Assembly: GCA_041649675.1 (NCBI GenBank)
Contig: JBAZMQ010000001.1
Location: forward strand, 253-64,252
Length of the DNA stretch: 64,000 bases
DNA from: Patescibacteria group bacterium
GTDB taxonomy: Bacteria > Patescibacteriota > Patescibacteriia > Buchananbacterales > UBA6539
Direction of reading: 5' to 3'
This document shows, piece after piece, positions 47,185 through 56,199 of this stretch. The translations under genes were made by a program, and so were the position numbers. Numbering within the stretch: position 1 is the stretch's first letter; every line of letters begins with the position of its first letter. The notes under the pieces were generated by a model. It worked only from the letters and a program-made list of their open reading frames with translations, had not been told where the DNA came from and did no database searches.

Positions 47185-47655
47185 ATGCCACTTCAATTTA
47201 AGTTAATTACGACGTTGTGTTATATTGTTAATGACCAAGCAGAAGTTTTATTGATTAAAAAGAAGAGGGGATTTGGAGTTGGCAAATGGAATGGGCCGGG
47301 CGGTAAGGTGAAAATTGATGAAAAGCCGCTTGAGTCAATGATTCGCGAGATCAAAGAGGAAACTGGATTAACTGTTAAAAACTCCAAAGAGCTGGGATTT
47401 ATTGAATATATTTGGCCAGTCAGTTTAAAAAGTTGGAGTACTCGTTGTTATGTTTATTTTTGCCAAGAGTTTGAGGGCGAACCTAAAGAATCAGAGGAGG
47501 GTGTACCAAAATGGTTTAAATTCTCTGAAATTCCTTATGCACAGATGTGGGATGATGACCAGTATTGGTATCCTCAGGTACTTTTAGGCCAGCCAATCAA
47601 AAAAAGATTTTATTTTAATGAAAAAGAAAAAGTAATTAAGCAGGAAGATATCTAA
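47185..47655 (+). CDS. NUDIX hydrolase (8-oxo-dGTPase, MTH1-like)
   Basis: KKRGFG.GKWNGPGGK, REIKEETGL, MWDDD.YW.P. Confidence 0.9.
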   Translation: MPLQFKLITTLCYIVNDQAEVLLIKKKRGFGVGKWNGPGGKVKIDEKPLESMIREIKEETGLTVKNSKELGFIEYIWPVSLKSWSTRCYVYFCQEFEGEPKESEEGVPKWFKFSEIPYAQMWDDDQYWYPQVLLGQPIKKRFYFNEKEKVIKQEDI

Positions 47656-47659
47656 TTTT

Positions 47660-48034
47660 ATGATTGATAAAAAAATATTACTGGTTGAAGATGATCGTGA
47701 CCTTTTGTTTTTGATGAATAAAAAATTAGCCGACGAAGGTTTTAAGGTTATTAAAGCGGAAACCGGCCAAGAAGCTTTAGATATTTTAGAAAAAGAAAAA
47801 CCAGATTTGGTTTTACTTGATATTTTATTGCCAGACATTGATGGGTTAACAATTTTAAATGAAATCGCTAGTCATGCGGAAACTAAAGATATTCCGGTTA
47901 TTATCTTAAGCAATTTGGCTGATCAAGGTTCTTTTGAACAGGCAGCGGCCGTAGGCAACTATGAATACTTAGTCAAAGCAAAAACCGATTTAAGCGAAGT
48001 AGTGTTAAGAGTAAAAAAGAAATTGGGGATTTAA
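47660..48034 (+). CDS. Single-domain response regulator
   Basis: ILLVEDD, DLVLLDILLP..DG, VIILSN, YLVK. Confidence 0.92.
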   Translation: MIDKKILLVEDDRDLLFLMNKKLADEGFKVIKAETGQEALDILEKEKPDLVLLDILLPDIDGLTILNEIASHAETKDIPVIILSNLADQGSFEQAAAVGNYEYLVKAKTDLSEVVLRVKKKLGI

Positions 48035-48049
48035 GGGGTAATTTTTGAT

Positions 48050-48058
48050 TTATCCACA
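48050..48058 (+). promoter_or_regulatory. Consensus DnaA box
   Basis: TTATCCACA. A one-mismatch inverse copy GGTGGATAA lies at 48321-48329. Confidence 0.5.
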
Positions 48059-48241
48059 GACTTTAATTGAATATTGACAAAACTAGCAAATTTTATTCAA
48101 AAAGTGGCCGAAAAGGCCATTTTTTTATTGGGCTGTGAAGTGGTTGACCCGCCCACCTTTTAAATTTTTGCAATATAATTACATTAAAATTTACAAATAT
48201 TTTGTTATTTTAGCGATTTTAATCGTTAGAAGGTGGGTGGG

Positions 48242-48304
48242 TTGACAGTGGTGGTCTTGTGGTGTAAAATGGAATTATAGTGGTGGAAAGTGGATGAAAG
48301 TGGG
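48242..48304 (+). promoter_or_regulatory. mraZ promoter with MraZ-binding GTGG repeats
   Basis: TTGACA(48242)-17-TAAAAT(48265). GTGG at 48280, 48290 and 48300 (10-bp period). Confidence 0.85.
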
Positions 48305-48440
48305 GATAACTAGGAATTAGGGTGGATAAGCCTGATTAAGAGCCAAAAGCCAAAAAATCAAAACTAAAAACCAAAAACAAAGAAAAAACTAATAAATTTA
48401 ACTAATCTTATTAAAATCAGTCAGAGCTAGTTTAAGATTT

Positions 48441-48872
48441 ATGTTTATTGGAGAATACCAACACAACATTGACCAAAAGGGCCGCTTAGCCGTACCCGCC
48501 AAGTTTCGTCAGCAGTTGTCCAAAGGGGCAGTAGTGACTAAAGGTTTAGACGACTGTCTTTTTTTGTACCCAAAAAACGAATGGCAAAAACTAGCCGGTA
48601 AATTGGCGGCTTTGCCGATTTCCAAAGCCAATACCCGGGCATTCTCCCGTTTAATGTTGGCTGGCGCCATGGACGTAGAAATTGATAAACAAGGCCGAAT
48701 GTTAATTCCCGACTACCTTAGGCAGTATGCAGCGATGTCTAAAGAAGTGGTTATCACCGGTTTATATAATCGTTTGGAAATTTGGGATAAGCAGAAATGG
48801 GATAAATATAAGCAAGGAACGGAATCCAAGAGTGGTGATATCGCCGAAGCTTTGGGTGAATTAGGAGTTTAA
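48441..48872 (+). CDS. mraZ: Transcriptional regulator MraZ
   Basis: MFIGEY.H.ID.KGRL.VP, DKQGR..IP, EIWD. Confidence 0.98.
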   Translation: MFIGEYQHNIDQKGRLAVPAKFRQQLSKGAVVTKGLDDCLFLYPKNEWQKLAGKLAALPISKANTRAFSRLMLAGAMDVEIDKQGRMLIPDYLRQYAAMSKEVVITGLYNRLEIWDKQKWDKYKQGTESKSGDIAEALGELGV

Positions 48873-48881
48873 TTTTACAAT

Positions 48882-49820
48882 ATGAAAAATTTTCACCAGC
48901 CGGTGATGCTTGAACAAGTCATTCATTATTTGCAGCCAAAAGCTGGTAACAATTTTATTGATTGCACCTTAGGGGGTGGCGGCCACGCTGAAGAAATTTT
49001 AAAAAGGACAGCGCCAAGTGGTAAAGTTCTGGGTATTGATTTAGACCCGTTGGCAATTCAAAATGCCCAAACCGTGGCTAAAAATTATAAAAATAGATTA
49101 ATCATTGTTCAAAATAATTTTAAAAAACTAAAACAAATAGCAAATGATTTCCAGTTTAATAAAGTTAACGGCATCTTACTTGACCTTGGCTTATCCAGTG
49201 GTCAGCTCCAAGATCACAGTCGGGGATTTTCTTTTTTGGCGCAAGGTTCGCTAGATATGCGTTTTGGCAATCAGTTAGAGCTAACAGCCAAAGAAATTTT
49301 AAACACTTATAATCAAAAGCAGCTAATTGAAATATTCAAAAATTTTGGTGAGGAAAAATTAGCCAAACCGATTACTGACAAAATTATTGCTTTTAGGAAA
49401 GAAAAACCAATTACTAAGCCAAGCGAACTAGTTGAAATCGTTGCTGATATTTACAAAAGATTTTATCGGCTTAAGTCAAAGATTAATCCGGCCACTAAAA
49501 TTTTTCAAGCTTTAAGGATTGAAGTGAATCAAGAATTACAAAATTTGACTGAAGTTTTACCTCAAGCCATAAGTTTATTGGCCAAGGGCGGCCGACTGGT
49601 TGTTATTAGTTATCATTCTTTGGAAGATCGGATTGTTAAGGGACTATTTCAGCAAGAAAGCCGTGACTGTATTTGCCCAGTGACAATGCCCCTTTGTCAA
49701 TGTGATCACAAAAAAACCTTAAAAATTATTACCAAAAAACCTGTTGTAACGACTGAATCAGAAGTATTAGAAAATCCCAGAGCCCGAAGCGCCAAAATAA
49801 GAGTCGCTGAAAAAATTTAA
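48882..49820 (+). CDS. rsmH: 16S rRNA m4C1402 methyltransferase
   Basis: H.PVML, DCTLGGGGH, DLGLSS.QL, FQALRIEVN.EL, ISYHSLEDR, NPRARSA. Confidence 0.98.
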   Translation: MKNFHQPVMLEQVIHYLQPKAGNNFIDCTLGGGGHAEEILKRTAPSGKVLGIDLDPLAIQNAQTVAKNYKNRLIIVQNNFKKLKQIANDFQFNKVNGILLDLGLSSGQLQDHSRGFSFLAQGSLDMRFGNQLELTAKEILNTYNQKQLIEIFKNFGEEKLAKPITDKIIAFRKEKPITKPSELVEIVADIYKRFYRLKSKINPATKIFQALRIEVNQELQNLTEVLPQAISLLAKGGRLVVISYHSLEDRIVKGLFQQESRDCICPVTMPLCQCDHKKTLKIITKKPVVTTESEVLENPRARSAKIRVAEKI

Positions 49821-49872
49821 AATAAAAATAAAAATTTAAAATTCTCGACAGTTTCGAGAGCAAAACAAAAAT

Positions 49873-50226
49873 ATGACTAAATTTTCCCATCTGGCCAAAC
49901 CAACGATGAAAAATTATTCAGCCCAAAAAAAATTATCAGGGTTTAAATTAAGTTTTCCTTTGATTAATGGTATAGTGGCAGTTTGTTGCATTGTCTTTTT
50001 TGTCACTTATTTAATTCAAGTTAACAGTTTGGCAACAAAAGGTTACCAAATAAAAGAGCTAGAAAAAAAGATTAGTGATTTAGAACAGCAGAAAGCTGAT
50101 CTAGATTTGCAGACTTTGAGTTTACAGTCAGTTGGCGCATTAAAGGATAAAGTGGGTTCTTTAGGGATGGTGGCAGTCGGTAAAACTGATTATTTAGCCG
50201 ATAAACCAGTGGCTTTGGCCCAATAA
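49873..50226 (+). CDS. FtsL-like cell division protein
   Basis: TM plus coiled coil, located between rsmH and ftsI. Confidence 0.7.
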   Translation: MTKFSHLAKPTMKNYSAQKKLSGFKLSFPLINGIVAVCCIVFFVTYLIQVNSLATKGYQIKELEKKISDLEQQKADLDLQTLSLQSVGALKDKVGSLGMVAVGKTDYLADKPVALAQ

Positions 50227-50254
50227 TTTATTTTGAAATCTCTTTTAATATCAA

Positions 50255-50292
50255 TCAATTAACCCCGTTTAGTCCTCACGGGGTTTAATTGA
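50255..50292. repeat. Intergenic hairpin AACCCCGT...ACGGGGTT
   Basis: Inverted repeat between the ftsL-like gene and ftsI. Confidence 0.55.
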
Positions 50293-50310
50293 AAAAGAAA
50301 CTTTTTAATC

Positions 50311-52050
50311 ATGGCATTCTACTCACCAAAAAAAATAGAGCCGGCAAAAAGTAATTTGAATATTAGAATGATATTTTTGCTGCTGGTTATTTTTTTTGTT
50401 GGTGTAGTAATTATTTTTCGGTTATTTAGCTTGCAAATATTGCAGCATTCTTTTTATAATACCTTAGCTTCGCAAGAGCATGAAACTTACAAAGATTTGC
50501 TGGCGGAAAGAGGCTCAATTTATACTAAAGAAAAAGATCAGTTATATCCTTTGGTCACTAACCGCGGCTATTATTTAATTTATGCTGAACCAATCAGAAT
50601 TGAAAAACCTAATGAGGTAACTAATGCCATTGCATCAATATTAAATTTTACTGATTCTGAAAAGCAGGAGTTACTTGCTCGGCTAAGTAAAACTAATGAT
50701 GTCTATGAACCGATTAAACATAAAATTACTTTGGCCCAAGTTGATCAAATTAAGAATTTAAAATTAGCGGGCATTGGTTTTGCACCAGAAAGTTATCGTT
50801 TTTATCCGGAAAAGGGCATTGGTGGACATGTTTTTGGGTTTATTGGTTTTAAAGATGACAAAAAAGTTGGCGAGTATGGTTTGGAAGGCTATTTTGATCA
50901 GGAGTTATCCGGTCAGCCGGGTTTGATTAAAGCGGCTAAAGACGCTTTGGGCTCAATTATCACTGTTGGTCAGCGATCAGTCAAAAAAGCCGAAAATGGC
51001 TCGGACTTAGTTTTAACCATTGACCGGCAAATTCAATTCGTGGCTTGCCAGAAGCTAAAAGAATTTGCCGATAAATTCAAAGCCGATGGCGGTAGCGTTG
51101 TGATTATGGCGCCAACTGGTGAAATATTAGCTATGTGTGGTTTGCCGGATTTTGATCCTGACAATTATCAAGACACTGAAGATATTAACGCTTTTAACAA
51201 CCCAGTAATTTTTTCAGCTTACGAGCCGGGCTCAGTTTTTAAAGGTATTACCATGGCAGCCGGTTTAGATTCGGGTGCGGTTGATATCAATACCACCTAT
51301 GAAGATACCGGTGAAGTTAAAATTGGCGGATTTACAATTAAAAATTCTGACTTGAAAGCGCACGGTAAAACGACGATGGTTGGGATTTTGGAAAAATCTT
51401 TAAATACAGGCGCAATTTTTGTTGAGCAGAAAGTTGGTAAAACAACTTTTGAAAATTATGTCAGGAATTTTGGCTTCGGAAAGCTGACTGGTATAACTTT
51501 AGAAAAGGAAGTGCCGGGTGATCTTTCTGCCTTAAGCAAGCCAGGTGAAATTTACGGCATGACCGCTTCGTATGGCCAAGGAATCATGGTAACGCCAATC
51601 CAATTAGTAGCCGCTTATGGTGCAATTGCCAATCAGGGCAAATTATATAAACCATACATTGTTTCAGAAATTATAAATCCTAATGGCCAAAAACAAACAT
51701 TTGGCCCTCAATCGGTCAGGCAAGTAATTTCACCCAAGGCCGCTTCATTGCTGACAGGAATGCTAACTTCGGTGGTTGAACATGGTTATGGCCAGTTAGC
51801 TGGTAATAAAGGCTACTATTTTGCCGGTAAGACCGGAACGGCTCAAGTGGCTTCGCCTGGCGGTGGTTATGGCAGTAAAACCAACCATACTTTTGTCGGG
51901 TTTGGCCCAATTTCTAAGCCAGCTTTCATTATGGTCACTGTCCTTAATAATCCCAAAGGCGTTAAGTTTGCCGAAAGTAGCGCTACGCCACTTTTTGGTC
52001 AGATTGCCCAATTTTTGTTAAACTATTATCAGATTAAGCCAGATTATTAA
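50311..52050 (+). CDS. ftsI: Class B penicillin-binding protein (FtsI-like)
   Basis: RGSI, R.YP, GLEGYFD, EPGSVFK (SxxK), SLN (SxN), KTGT. Confidence 0.9.
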   Translation: MAFYSPKKIEPAKSNLNIRMIFLLLVIFFVGVVIIFRLFSLQILQHSFYNTLASQEHETYKDLLAERGSIYTKEKDQLYPLVTNRGYYLIYAEPIRIEKPNEVTNAIASILNFTDSEKQELLARLSKTNDVYEPIKHKITLAQVDQIKNLKLAGIGFAPESYRFYPEKGIGGHVFGFIGFKDDKKVGEYGLEGYFDQELSGQPGLIKAAKDALGSIITVGQRSVKKAENGSDLVLTIDRQIQFVACQKLKEFADKFKADGGSVVIMAPTGEILAMCGLPDFDPDNYQDTEDINAFNNPVIFSAYEPGSVFKGITMAAGLDSGAVDINTTYEDTGEVKIGGFTIKNSDLKAHGKTTMVGILEKSLNTGAIFVEQKVGKTTFENYVRNFGFGKLTGITLEKEVPGDLSALSKPGEIYGMTASYGQGIMVTPIQLVAAYGAIANQGKLYKPYIVSEIINPNGQKQTFGPQSVRQVISPKAASLLTGMLTSVVEHGYGQLAGNKGYYFAGKTGTAQVASPGGGYGSKTNHTFVGFGPISKPAFIMVTVLNNPKGVKFAESSATPLFGQIAQFLLNYYQIKPDY

Positions 52051-52127
52051 GAATTAAGAATTTAGAATTACGAATTATGTTTGACTCTTAATTCTAAATT
52101 CATAATTCTTAATTCATAATCTCAATT
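52048..52127. repeat. Inverted heptamer array (TAAGAAT / ATTCTTA)
   Basis: taagaat taagaat ttagaat tacgaat ... attctaa attcata attctta attcata. Confidence 0.85.
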
Positions 52128-52128
52128 C

Positions 52129-53433
52129 ATGAAAAATCAGCTAAAAAAAATATTAGAAAAAACTCTCCGGGTTTTTGCAATTAAGATTTTAAAAAAATAT
52201 CAGCCAGAAATCGTAGCCATTACTGGTAGTGTTGGCAAAACTTCAACCAAAGAGGCAATCTTTACCGTTTTGTCCTCATCTTTTAATGTTAGACAAAATA
52301 TAAAAAATTATAATAACGAGATTGGCATTCCCTTAACAATTATCAACAGTCAGGCAGCGGGTAAATCAATCATTGGCTGGCTGGCAGTTTTTTTAAAAGC
52401 AATAAAATTGATAATTAGTACTGACAAAAATTATCCAAAAATATTAATTTTAGAAATGGGCGCTGACCATGCAGGTGATATTAAATATTTAACTAAATTC
52501 ATTCCCGTTAAAGTTGGCGTGATTACGGCTGTGGCGCCGGTCCATTTAGAATATTTTAAAACCCTTGAAGAAGTGGCCAAAGAGAAAAGCAATTTAATTA
52601 AATCATTATCAAAATCTGGTTGGGCGGTTTTGAATTACGATGACAAGTTAGTCAATGAAATGAAAAAGAATACGGCGGCTTTGGTTGTTTCTTTTGGTTT
52701 AATTCCGCAAGCTGACATCTTTGCCAGTGAAATTGCCATTAGCCATGATGTTGATTATAAAGACGTAACAACGATTCAGGGGATTAGTTTTAAATTGAAT
52801 TATAAAGGCAATGTCGTGCCAATACTTTTACCCCAGGTTTTGGGGCAGCACTTAGTTTATTCAGCCTTGGCGGCAATTGCCGTTGGCATTATTTATAAAA
52901 TCAATTTGCACAAGATTATTGAAAGCCTAAAGACTTACCAGCCGCCAAAAGGTCGGATGCATATTATACCTGGTATTAAACACACTTTGATTATTGATGA
53001 TAGTTATAATTCATCACCTTTAGCTGCCCAAAAAGCGCTGCATCAGCTTGGACAAATTAATTTAGATAAACATCATAAGAAATATGCTGTCCTGGGTGAT
53101 ATGCTGGAACTGGGCAGTTATACGGAGCAAGCACATCAAGAAGTGGGTCAGGCAGTTTATAATTACGGGGTTGACTACTTAGTCACGGTTGGCGAAGTTT
53201 CGCGCGATATGGTTCGCGGTGCGATTGCCGCTGGCATGAACAAAGATCACTGTTTTAATTTCAAAAATAGCGCTGAAGCTGGATTATTTTTGCAGCAGCG
53301 CATTGAACAAGGAGATTTGATTTTAGTTAAAGGTTCTCAAGGAACCAGGATGGAAAAAGTGGTTAAGGAATTAATGGCTGAACCACAAAAAGCTGAAGAG
53401 TTACTGGTCAGACAGGGCAAAGAGTGGCAGTAA
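52129..53433 (+). CDS. murF: UDP-MurNAc-tripeptide--D-Ala-D-Ala ligase
   Basis: AITGSVGKTSTK, NNEIGIPLT, LEMG, IDDSYNSSP, LGDMLELG, LVKGS. Confidence 0.93.
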   Translation: MKNQLKKILEKTLRVFAIKILKKYQPEIVAITGSVGKTSTKEAIFTVLSSSFNVRQNIKNYNNEIGIPLTIINSQAAGKSIIGWLAVFLKAIKLIISTDKNYPKILILEMGADHAGDIKYLTKFIPVKVGVITAVAPVHLEYFKTLEEVAKEKSNLIKSLSKSGWAVLNYDDKLVNEMKKNTAALVVSFGLIPQADIFASEIAISHDVDYKDVTTIQGISFKLNYKGNVVPILLPQVLGQHLVYSALAAIAVGIIYKINLHKIIESLKTYQPPKGRMHIIPGIKHTLIIDDSYNSSPLAAQKALHQLGQINLDKHHKKYAVLGDMLELGSYTEQAHQEVGQAVYNYGVDYLVTVGEVSRDMVRGAIAAGMNKDHCFNFKNSAEAGLFLQQRIEQGDLILVKGSQGTRMEKVVKELMAEPQKAEELLVRQGKEWQ

Positions 53434-53507
53434 ATAAGCAAGATAAGCAAGACAAGAAGAAGGTGGTAAGCCTTCTCTTTTTGGTATTTTTTTGCTAAAA
53501 TTAACCT

Positions 53508-54929
53508 ATGGAAAAACTTTTTTTGTATAATACTCTAGCGCGGAAAAAAGAGGAATTTAAGCCACTTAAAGATAAAGTGGTGACTTTTTATCAGTGCGGG
53601 CCAACGGTTTACTGGACCCAGCATATCGGTAATTTGCGGGCCATGGTGATGGCCGATTTGATTGAAAGGTCATTGGAATATTTAGGCTACAAAGTTAAAT
53701 TTGTTAGGAATTATACTGATGTTGGCCATTTAACTTCGGACGAGGACGAAGGTGAAGATAAAATTGAAAAAGGCGCTAAGCGTGAAGGACTTAAGCCTTT
53801 TGAGATTGCCAAAAAATATATTAAAATTTTTGAACAAGACGTTAAAGCTTTAGCTGTTTTGGAACCTTGGAAAAAACCAAAGGCAACTGAGTATATCTCA
53901 GAAATGCAAAAAATGGTCAAAGAGTTATTAGTCAAAGGTTATGCTTACGCAACTGACTTGGCGATTTATTTTGACGTGACTAAAGCCAAGGATTATACAA
54001 AACTTTCCGGTCAGGATTTAGAAAAAAACATCACTGACGCGGGTAAAGGTGAAATTAGTGATATAAATAAAAAACATCCAGCTGATTTCGCTTTGTGGTT
54101 TTTCAAAGCTGGGGTTCACCAAAATGCTTTGCAAACCTGGCCCAGTCCTTTTGAGTCAAAGTTGGTCGCTAAGGGTCAGGGTTTTCCGGGTTGGCATATT
54201 GAATGTTCGGCCATGGCCAAAAAATTATTAGGCGATACGCTTGATCTTCACATGGGCGGAGTTGAACATATTCCGGTGCACCATACCAATGAAATTGCCC
54301 AGTCCGAAGCGGCCAATGGGGTCAAATTCGTCAATTATTGGCTCCATAACGAGCATTTAACCGTTGATGGGGGCAAGATGGCCAAATCAGCCGGCACCAG
54401 CTATTCTTTGCAAGATATTAAAGACAAAGGTTTTGACCCAATGGCTTTGCGTTATTTATTTTTGCAGGCACATTATCGCTCCAAGCAAAATTTTACTTGG
54501 AAATCTTTAGCTGCCGCCCAAATCTCATTAAATGGTATACGAGATAGAATTTTAGATTATAAAAAAAGAAATGAGCAGGGAAAAATTAATGATGAATTTA
54601 GGGATAAATTTACGGAAGCATTAAAAGATGATTTTAATGTTCCTAAAGCATTAGCCATTACTTGGGATCTTTTAAAATCTGGTTTGGGTAATAATGATAA
54701 GCTTGCTACCTTTTTAGATTTTAATGAAGTTCTGGGTTTAAAAGTAGATTTAGGTAAAAATAAGGAGATAAAGATTCCTGAAAAAGTAATTGATTTGGCG
54801 GAAAAAAGATTGCAAGCCAGGGTGGCCAAAGATTGGCAGAAATCCGATGAAATTAGAAAGGAGATTGAAGCCCAAGGTTATTTAGTTGAGGATACTAAAG
54901 ACGGATATATTGTTAAGGATAAGAAATAA
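53508..54929 (+). CDS. cysS: Cysteine--tRNA ligase
   Basis: CGPTVY, HIGN, DFALW, PGWHIECSAM, HHTNE.AQ, KMAKS. Confidence 0.98.
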   Translation: MEKLFLYNTLARKKEEFKPLKDKVVTFYQCGPTVYWTQHIGNLRAMVMADLIERSLEYLGYKVKFVRNYTDVGHLTSDEDEGEDKIEKGAKREGLKPFEIAKKYIKIFEQDVKALAVLEPWKKPKATEYISEMQKMVKELLVKGYAYATDLAIYFDVTKAKDYTKLSGQDLEKNITDAGKGEISDINKKHPADFALWFFKAGVHQNALQTWPSPFESKLVAKGQGFPGWHIECSAMAKKLLGDTLDLHMGGVEHIPVHHTNEIAQSEAANGVKFVNYWLHNEHLTVDGGKMAKSAGTSYSLQDIKDKGFDPMALRYLFLQAHYRSKQNFTWKSLAAAQISLNGIRDRILDYKKRNEQGKINDEFRDKFTEALKDDFNVPKALAITWDLLKSGLGNNDKLATFLDFNEVLGLKVDLGKNKEIKIPEKVIDLAEKRLQARVAKDWQKSDEIRKEIEAQGYLVEDTKDGYIVKDKK

Positions 54930-55020
54930 TTGAATTAGAAATTATGAATTAGGGATAAATAAAATTCTTAATTCCTAATTCTTAATTCCTAATTCTTAGT
55001 TCATAATTCTTAATTCCTAA
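54930..55020. repeat. Inverted heptamer array (GAATTA. / AATTCTT, AATTCCT)
   Basis: About eight tandem aattc(t/c/a)t units preceded by complementary units. Confidence 0.85.
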
Positions 55021-55025
55021 GATAA

Positions 55026-56150
55026 ATGCCAAAAAAAGTTTTAATTGTTTATGCCACCGGCGGTATGGGACATGTTTCGGCTGCCCGGGCCATTGAGCAA
55101 GCCTTTAAGGAAAAATATCCGGAGGTTGAAATCAAAAATGTTGATGTGATTGATTTTGCCATGAAGGTTTATAAAAAAGTCTTTGTTGACGGTTATAATT
55201 ATGTTAGCGCCAAAACCCCCGAACTTTGGGGCTGGCTTTACCGTACTTACAACAATAAATCAAAACAAAAGTTGCCGCAGTTATTGTCCCAGCTGGCAAT
55301 TGAGGGTAAATTTATCCCTTTTATTGAAGAGTTTAAACCAGATTTCATAATTTCCACCCATCCGCTGCCGATGCTTTTAGTATCTCATTCCAAAAAGAAG
55401 CAGATTATAAATATTTTATCGTCCATGGTCTTAACCGATTTTGGCTGCCATAGCTTTTGGATTGCGCCGGAGGTCAATTACTATTTTGTGGCGACTGACA
55501 ATGTCAAACAATGTTTGTTTGATTATAAAGTTAAACCCGAGCAAGTGGCGGTAACTGGCATTCCAATTGAAACTAAATTTTCTAAAACGCCAGCCAAGGC
55601 CGAATTAATAAAAAAATTTGGCCTGGAAGCTGGTTTATTTACGGTTTTAATTGTTGGCGGGCAATTCACTTACTCGGCTTTGCAGGCGATTATTAGCGGC
55701 ATTACCAAAAAGCATGACGGTAAAGTCCAGTTTTTAGTGGTGGCCGGCCGCGACCAGGATTTAAAAGAAGCGCTGGATAAATCAGATTTGAATAAAAATT
55801 CAAAAATAAAAACTTTTGGTTTTGTGAATTATATGCAGGAGCTAATGGCGGTATCGGATTTAATTTTTTCCAAAGCCGGCGGCTTAACCGTTTCGGAATG
55901 CATGGCAATGGGTTTACCGATGGTGATAAATAAAGTAATTCCTGGTCAGGAAGAAGATAATGTTAATTATTTGGTTGATGCCGGTGCAGCGGTTAAAGTC
56001 CAAAATTTTGATGAAGTGGTAAATGCGGTTAATGATTTGGTTTCTGACCCGCAAAAGATTGCAAAGATGAAAGCGGCTTGTCAAAAAATTGGCCACCCGA
56101 ATTCAGCCGTGGCTTTAGCGGACTTTGTCTATACTAAAATTAGCAGTTAA
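55026..56150 (+). CDS. MGDG synthase / UgtP-like GT28 glycosyltransferase
   Basis: G.GH.SAA, IISTHP, TDF..H..W, TGIPI, KAGGLT.SE, IPGQEE.N. Confidence 0.88.
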   Translation: MPKKVLIVYATGGMGHVSAARAIEQAFKEKYPEVEIKNVDVIDFAMKVYKKVFVDGYNYVSAKTPELWGWLYRTYNNKSKQKLPQLLSQLAIEGKFIPFIEEFKPDFIISTHPLPMLLVSHSKKKQIINILSSMVLTDFGCHSFWIAPEVNYYFVATDNVKQCLFDYKVKPEQVAVTGIPIETKFSKTPAKAELIKKFGLEAGLFTVLIVGGQFTYSALQAIISGITKKHDGKVQFLVVAGRDQDLKEALDKSDLNKNSKIKTFGFVNYMQELMAVSDLIFSKAGGLTVSECMAMGLPMVINKVIPGQEEDNVNYLVDAGAAVKVQNFDEVVNAVNDLVSDPQKIAKMKAACQKIGHPNSAVALADFVYTKISS

Positions 56151-56199
56151 AAAATAGCGACTAATTTTTTATTATGCGTTATTGTAAAATTTTAGCAAC

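Noticed and set aside
48040-48440. Replication origin at the mraZ upstream gap
   Set aside because: Only one perfect DnaA box, no dnaA/dnaN nearby and no gene-orientation switch
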